A stretch of 64,000 nucleotides of DNA from Clostridia bacterium (GTDB lineage: Bacteria > Bacillota > Clostridia > JAAYHZ01), in assembly GCA_050950825.1 (NCBI GenBank), contig JBMNIH010000004.1:480001-544000 (forward strand), written 5' to 3'. The notes under the pieces are model-generated. The model saw nothing but the letters and a program-made list of their open reading frames with translations. It was not told where the DNA came from and ran no database searches. Positions 59,477-64,000 of this stretch are shown piece after piece. Positions within the stretch are counted from its first letter, which is position 1. Every line of letters begins with the position of its first letter. Position numbers and translations under genes: made by a program.

Positions 59477-61552
59477 ATGAAAAACTACTCCATAAAGAAC
59501 CTTAGGAACGTTTGTCTTATGGGCCACGGAGGCTCCGGCAAGACGACTTTAGTAGAAGCGATGTTGTTCAATTCGGGCGCTATCCCCAGAATGGGAAAGG
59601 TCACCAGCGGAAATACGGCAATGGATTTCGACCCGGAAGAAATCAAAAGACACTTTTCTATAAACACATCCATCGCTCCGGTTGAATGGAAGGACGTTAA
59701 AATTAATTTTATCGATACACCGGGATACTTTGATTTTGTAGGTGAGGTCGTACAAGGCATAAGAGCCGCCGAAAGTGCAATCGTTGTACTTCCCGCTAAG
59801 AACGGTGTTGAAGTCGGAACCGAAAAAGCCATGCATTTGGTGAACGAGTCGGGCATCAGCAAAATGTTCTTTATCAGCAAAATGGACGAAGAAAATGCGG
59901 ATTTTGATAAAACCTACCAAGAGCTGAAGGACATGTTCGGAGTCGGTGTCGTAGCGCTTCAATTGCCTATCATAGAAAACGGCACTTTTACAGGTATCGT
60001 AGACATACTGGCTAACAAAGCCTATACCTTCGACAAGGGCAAGGCCGTTGAAAGACCTGTTCCTTCCAATATGGAAAGCAGCATCGAAGAAATTCGCGAA
60101 GGCATTATGGAAGCCATCGCCGAAACCGACGAAGAATTGATGGAAAAATACTTCGAAGGTGAACCCTTCACTCATGAAGAAATCAACAAAGGGTTGGCAG
60201 CCGGAATTTCCGCCGGTGAAATAAGCCCGGTATTCTGCGGTTCGGCGGATAAAAACATGGGTATAGACTTGCTTGCCAATGCCATTGTAAACTTGCTTCC
60301 TTCTCCGGATGTAAAGAAGTCCATAACGGCTGCGACGCCGGAAGGCGAAGCCATAGAAGTGGAGGTTTCCGAAAACGAAAAATTCTCCGCATTGATTTTC
60401 AAGACCATTGCGGACCCCTTTGTCGGTAAAATTTCCATGTTCAAAGTATTCAGCGGTGTCATCACTGCCGACACGCCCCTTTACAATTCAACAACGGGCA
60501 AAAGCGAAAAGATAACCCAATTGTTTTTCCCCATGGGAAAACAGCAAATCAACACAAGCAAGATCATTGCCGGTGATATCGGTGCTTTGACAAAGCTGCA
60601 AGCCAACACCAACGATACCCTGTGCACGGCAGCGAAAAAAGTGGTTCATGAAAAAATTAAGTTCCCCGAACCGGTATTGACCTTGGCGGTAGAACCCCTT
60701 GCGAAGGGTGACGAAGAAAAGATCAGCAGCGGTCTACAAAGACTGTTGGACGAAGATCCTACCTTCAAGATCGAAGTCAACCAAGAAACACGCCAAACCT
60801 TGATCAAAGGTATCGGTGATCAACACTTGGACGTTATCACCAGCAAATTGAAGGCGAAATTCGGTGTCGACGTAAAATTAACCGATCCGAAGGTTCCTTA
60901 CCGTGAAACCATCCGGAAAAAAGCCGAACGTGTGGAAGGAAAGCATAAGAAGCAATCCGGCGGACACGGACAATACGGTCACGTATTTATTACCTTCGAA
61001 CCTTGCGAAAGCGAAGATTTGATATTTGAAGAGCAAGTATTCGGCGGCGCCGTACCGAGAAACTACTTCCCTGCAGTAGAAAAAGGGTTGAGAGAAAGTA
61101 TAACGAAGGGTGTATTGGCCGGATATCCGATGGTAAACTTAAAGGCGATCTTGTTAGATGGTTCTTACCATCCGGTTGACTCCTCCGAAATCGCTTTCAA
61201 AATCGCCGCCAGCTTGGCATATAAGAAAGGGATTCCCTTGGCAAGTCCCGTACTCCTTGAGCCCGTTTACAAAGCCGAAATCATTATTCCCGATGCCAAC
61301 TTAGGAGACGTTATCGGGGATATGAACAAGAGAAGAGGAAGAATTCTCGGAATGGAACCGATGCACGGCGGATTACAAAAAGTAACGGCGGAAGTTCCTT
61401 TGGCGGAAATGTTCAAGTATGCAACGGATTTAAGATCCATGACCCAAGGAAGAGGAAACTACTCCATGGAATTCATACGCTACGAAGAAGTTCCTGCCAA
61501 TATTGCAGAAAAAATTATTGCCGAAGCCAATAAAGAAAAGGATGAAGAATAA
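59477..61552 (+). CDS. Elongation factor G paralogue (EF-G2-like), outside the str operon
   Basis: Full five-domain EF-G (GHGGSGKT, EDPT, HKKQSGGHGQY, GSYHPVDSS, LRSMTQGRG) with DTPGY and SKMD variants. Confidence 0.9.
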   Translation: MKNYSIKNLRNVCLMGHGGSGKTTLVEAMLFNSGAIPRMGKVTSGNTAMDFDPEEIKRHFSINTSIAPVEWKDVKINFIDTPGYFDFVGEVVQGIRAAESAIVVLPAKNGVEVGTEKAMHLVNESGISKMFFISKMDEENADFDKTYQELKDMFGVGVVALQLPIIENGTFTGIVDILANKAYTFDKGKAVERPVPSNMESSIEEIREGIMEAIAETDEELMEKYFEGEPFTHEEINKGLAAGISAGEISPVFCGSADKNMGIDLLANAIVNLLPSPDVKKSITAATPEGEAIEVEVSENEKFSALIFKTIADPFVGKISMFKVFSGVITADTPLYNSTTGKSEKITQLFFPMGKQQINTSKIIAGDIGALTKLQANTNDTLCTAAKKVVHEKIKFPEPVLTLAVEPLAKGDEEKISSGLQRLLDEDPTFKIEVNQETRQTLIKGIGDQHLDVITSKLKAKFGVDVKLTDPKVPYRETIRKKAERVEGKHKKQSGGHGQYGHVFITFEPCESEDLIFEEQVFGGAVPRNYFPAVEKGLRESITKGVLAGYPMVNLKAILLDGSYHPVDSSEIAFKIAASLAYKKGIPLASPVLLEPVYKAEIIIPDANLGDVIGDMNKRRGRILGMEPMHGGLQKVTAEVPLAEMFKYATDLRSMTQGRGNYSMEFIRYEEVPANIAEKIIAEANKEKDEE

Positions 61553-61630
61553 TAACGAAATAAGGATAAAAGCACGGGATAAGTTCTCGTGCTTTTTTTG
61601 TCATCATTAAAAAACAAGGAGGGAAATACG

Positions 61631-62629
61631 ATGACGTACATACCGGCAAAAGAAAGATACGATACGATGCGGTACAATTATTGCGGAAAAAGCGGTTTGA
61701 AGCTTCCTGCCGTATCCTTGGGTTTATGGCACAATTTCGGCGGTGTCACATTGTATGAGAACAGCCGGAGCATGATTCGAAAGGCTTTTGATTTGGGGAT
61801 TACCCATTTTGATATCGCCAATAACTACGGCCCCCCTCCGGGGTCTGCGGAAGAAAATTTCGGCAGAATATTAAAATCGGATTTTCACGGATACCGAGAC
61901 GAAATGATCATCTCGACCAAAGCCGGCTATTACATGTGGCCGGGGCCTTACGGGGAATGGGGATCGAAAAAAAGCATTATCGCTAGCCTCGATCAAAGCC
62001 TAAAAAGACTGGGATTGGATTACGTGGACATCTTTTATCACCACAGGCCCGACCCGAATACGCCTTTGGAAGAAACCATGGGAGCTTTGGATTTGATTGT
62101 GCGGCAGGGTAAGGCCTTGTATGCGGGCATTTCCAACTACGATCCGGAGCAAACATTAAAGGCTTCCCGAATATTAAAGGACTTAAAGACCCCTTGCCTT
62201 ATTCACCAGGTCCGGTATTCCATGCTGGATCGGAAGCCGGAACGGGGGTTATTGGATGTATTGGGGCAAGAGGGAATCGGCTGTATCGCCTTTTCGCCTT
62301 TAGCCAAAGGCATCCTTACGGATCGATACATAAATGGAATTCCTTCCGATTCGAGAGCGGCAAAAGGAGGACCTTTCTTAAAGCCGGAAGACATTACTCC
62401 TCAAGTGATGAATAAGGTGATAAAGCTCCATGCTTTGGCGGAAAAAAGAGGACAAAGCTTGGCGCAAATGGCTCTTTCATGGCTTTTAAAGGACAAGCGT
62501 GTAACATCGGTATTGATCGGTGCAAGCAAGCCGGAGCAAATTGAAGATTGCGTGTGCTCCCTTAAAAATCTTGATTTTTCCAAAGAGGAATTGAATGACA
62601 TCGAAAGCATTTTAAGCGATACGAAGTAA
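61631..62629 (+). CDS. Aldo/keto reductase (L-glyceraldehyde 3-phosphate reductase, YghZ/MgrA type)
   Basis: SLGLWHNFG, THFDIANNYGPPPGSAE, STKAGY.MW.GPYG, DIFYHHRPD, FSPLA.G.LT. Confidence 0.92.
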   Translation: MTYIPAKERYDTMRYNYCGKSGLKLPAVSLGLWHNFGGVTLYENSRSMIRKAFDLGITHFDIANNYGPPPGSAEENFGRILKSDFHGYRDEMIISTKAGYYMWPGPYGEWGSKKSIIASLDQSLKRLGLDYVDIFYHHRPDPNTPLEETMGALDLIVRQGKALYAGISNYDPEQTLKASRILKDLKTPCLIHQVRYSMLDRKPERGLLDVLGQEGIGCIAFSPLAKGILTDRYINGIPSDSRAAKGGPFLKPEDITPQVMNKVIKLHALAEKRGQSLAQMALSWLLKDKRVTSVLIGASKPEQIEDCVCSLKNLDFSKEELNDIESILSDTK

Positions 62630-62709
62630 TAAATATACAGGAAGAAAAGAAACAATTATGATACGCGACACGTCTAATTATATATAGATAAATTTGGAGG
62701 AACGAAATA

Positions 62710-63684
62710 ATGAAAAGAAAATTACTGATATTTGTTATTGGGATTCTTTTGGTTTCTCTGCTGGCAGGTTGTGCGGCAAAAAAATCCGATAAAACCGCCG
62801 AAGGATATATGCCTGCGATGACGACCGTCGCTACTACAACGGCGGGTTGGAGCAAGGAATACGGTTTGAGCGAAACAAATGATTACGATTCGTTAGGGGA
62901 TTTGAGCGAAAATACCGCTCTTCGAAATCGTAAAGTCATACTGAATGCACGCCTGTCCTTGGAGGTGGAAGAATTTGACGGTGCATACACCATAATCAAA
63001 ACCATGATTGCTCCTTACGGATACGTACAAGAAACTTCCATCAGTAAAGATAAATATTATCCTGAAGGCTCACAGGACTACATCTATATCACCCGAGGCG
63101 TTATCGTTATTCGGGTAGACGCCGATAAATTCGAACAAACGCTGGAGAACATCGCCGGGATCGGAGTCGTATTGGACGAAAAGAGGGGATCGGATGATAT
63201 TACCTATGCATACACCGACACCGAAGCCCGAATTCGATTGCTGGAGGACGAGCAAAGGCGGTTAGAAGAGTATTTAAAGGACAAAACGAAGGATGCGGAT
63301 TTCATTTTTAAAGTCCAGTCCCGATTGACGGAGGTCCTGTACCAAATCGAAAGCCTAAAGGGCAACATACAAAGATGGGACGATCTTATCGAATTGTCCA
63401 CTATCACCATAGAAATGAGGGAAAAGGTTCCCGGTCAAAAACCCGTAAAAGAATATACGTTTTGGGATAAGCTCGAAAAATCCTTCAGGCAAGCTCTTCA
63501 AGTTTGTGAAGGTATCGTTATATTTATCATTTCCGCAATTCCGGTAATTTTGATTATCGGAGGCTTGGCGTTATTGGTTGTATTTGCCATAAGATTCTTG
63601 CTGCGAGTGCCGGTTCGAAAAAAAGACAAGAACGAAGAAAAGTCCCGACCGAAACAGACAGACAATCCTCATAACGAGTCGTAA
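62710..63684 (+). CDS. DUF4349 domain lipoprotein
   Basis: Lipobox LAGC; RKVI..A.L..EV, IRV.A..FE, DIT..Y.D.EAR, coiled coil, STITI, C-terminal TM. Confidence 0.85.
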   Translation: MKRKLLIFVIGILLVSLLAGCAAKKSDKTAEGYMPAMTTVATTTAGWSKEYGLSETNDYDSLGDLSENTALRNRKVILNARLSLEVEEFDGAYTIIKTMIAPYGYVQETSISKDKYYPEGSQDYIYITRGVIVIRVDADKFEQTLENIAGIGVVLDEKRGSDDITYAYTDTEARIRLLEDEQRRLEEYLKDKTKDADFIFKVQSRLTEVLYQIESLKGNIQRWDDLIELSTITIEMREKVPGQKPVKEYTFWDKLEKSFRQALQVCEGIVIFIISAIPVILIIGGLALLVVFAIRFLLRVPVRKKDKNEEKSRPKQTDNPHNES

Positions 63685-63832
63685 AAAATGCGGTTTTTCA
63701 TAGAGTCCGGAGGAGCATTCCTTCGGACTTTGTTTATATAGACTTGTTGCTTTTTATGACGAATGTTCCGTAAAATAGAAACGTAGAATTTTAATATTGC
63801 AATATTTTTTCGGGTATATTATAATATATAAT

Positions 63833-63849
63833 AGTCAAAGATAGTCAAA
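63833..63849 (+). promoter_or_regulatory. CtsR operator
   Basis: AGTCAAAGATAGTCAAA matches the RGTCAAANANRGTCAAA heptad direct repeat, just downstream of TATAAT. Confidence 0.88.
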
Positions 63850-63883
63850 ATCAGTATTGGTATATTGAGTGAGGTGAGGAAAT

Positions 63884-64000
63884 ATGGCTATATTAAGTGA
63901 CTTAATAGAAAATTTCATAAAAGAATTAATCAATGAAACGGAAGGAAATGTTGAAATAAAAAGGAATGAATTAGCGAGCAAGTTTAATTGCGTTCCTTCA
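63884..64000 (+). CDS. ctsR: Class III heat-shock repressor CtsR (3' truncated by window)
   Basis: MAILSDLIENFIKELINETEGNVEIKRNELASKFNCVPS; GAGGTGAGG RBS and upstream CtsR box. Confidence 0.92.
   Translation, partial: MAILSDLIENFIKELINETEGNVEIKRNELASKFNCVPS

Noticed and set aside
1-64000. CRISPR array, IS elements, prophage or recognisable defence genes
   Set aside because: No regularly spaced repeats, transposase, integrase, phage structural or nuclease-type ORFs recognised.

Overview
Chromosomal window from a spore-forming clostridial (Bacillota) genome, roughly 43-45% GC by eye. No prophage, transposase, integrase or CRISPR array is recognisable. Core content: abrB, metK behind a SAM-I riboswitch, a sensory ([FeFe] group D-like) plus heterotetrameric bifurcating-type [FeFe]-hydrogenase locus with clear Rex operators, asnS, tRNA-Val(GAC), tRNA-Trp(CCA), rph-rdgB, yceD-rpmF-DUF512-der-plsY, glutamate dehydrogenase, rex, an EF-G paralogue and the start of ctsR with its CtsR box. 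Accessory content: a DUF1854/ABC exporter pair, a DUF3604 protein, an anSME/sulfatase/heparinase-II/III-like module, a Gfo/Idh/MocA + sugar-phosphate-isomerase + apgM cluster, two broken tandem solute-binding lipoproteins, a broken XRE regulator, and a GmhA-like/deoxyhypusine-synthase-like/GT2/YfhO envelope glycosylation operon. The most striking unexplained items are (i) a ~210-nt structured RNA with its own promoter and terminator and C/U-rich anti-Shine-Dalgarno loops, directly upstream of the anSME gene (21057-21266, minus strand), (ii) the GmhA-like/DHS-like/GT2/YfhO operon, (iii) the dehydrogenase/isomerase cluster resembling non-hydrolytic glycoside-cleavage pathways, and (iv) several uORF/attenuator-like leaders. 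All calls come from reading motifs by eye; no database search was run.
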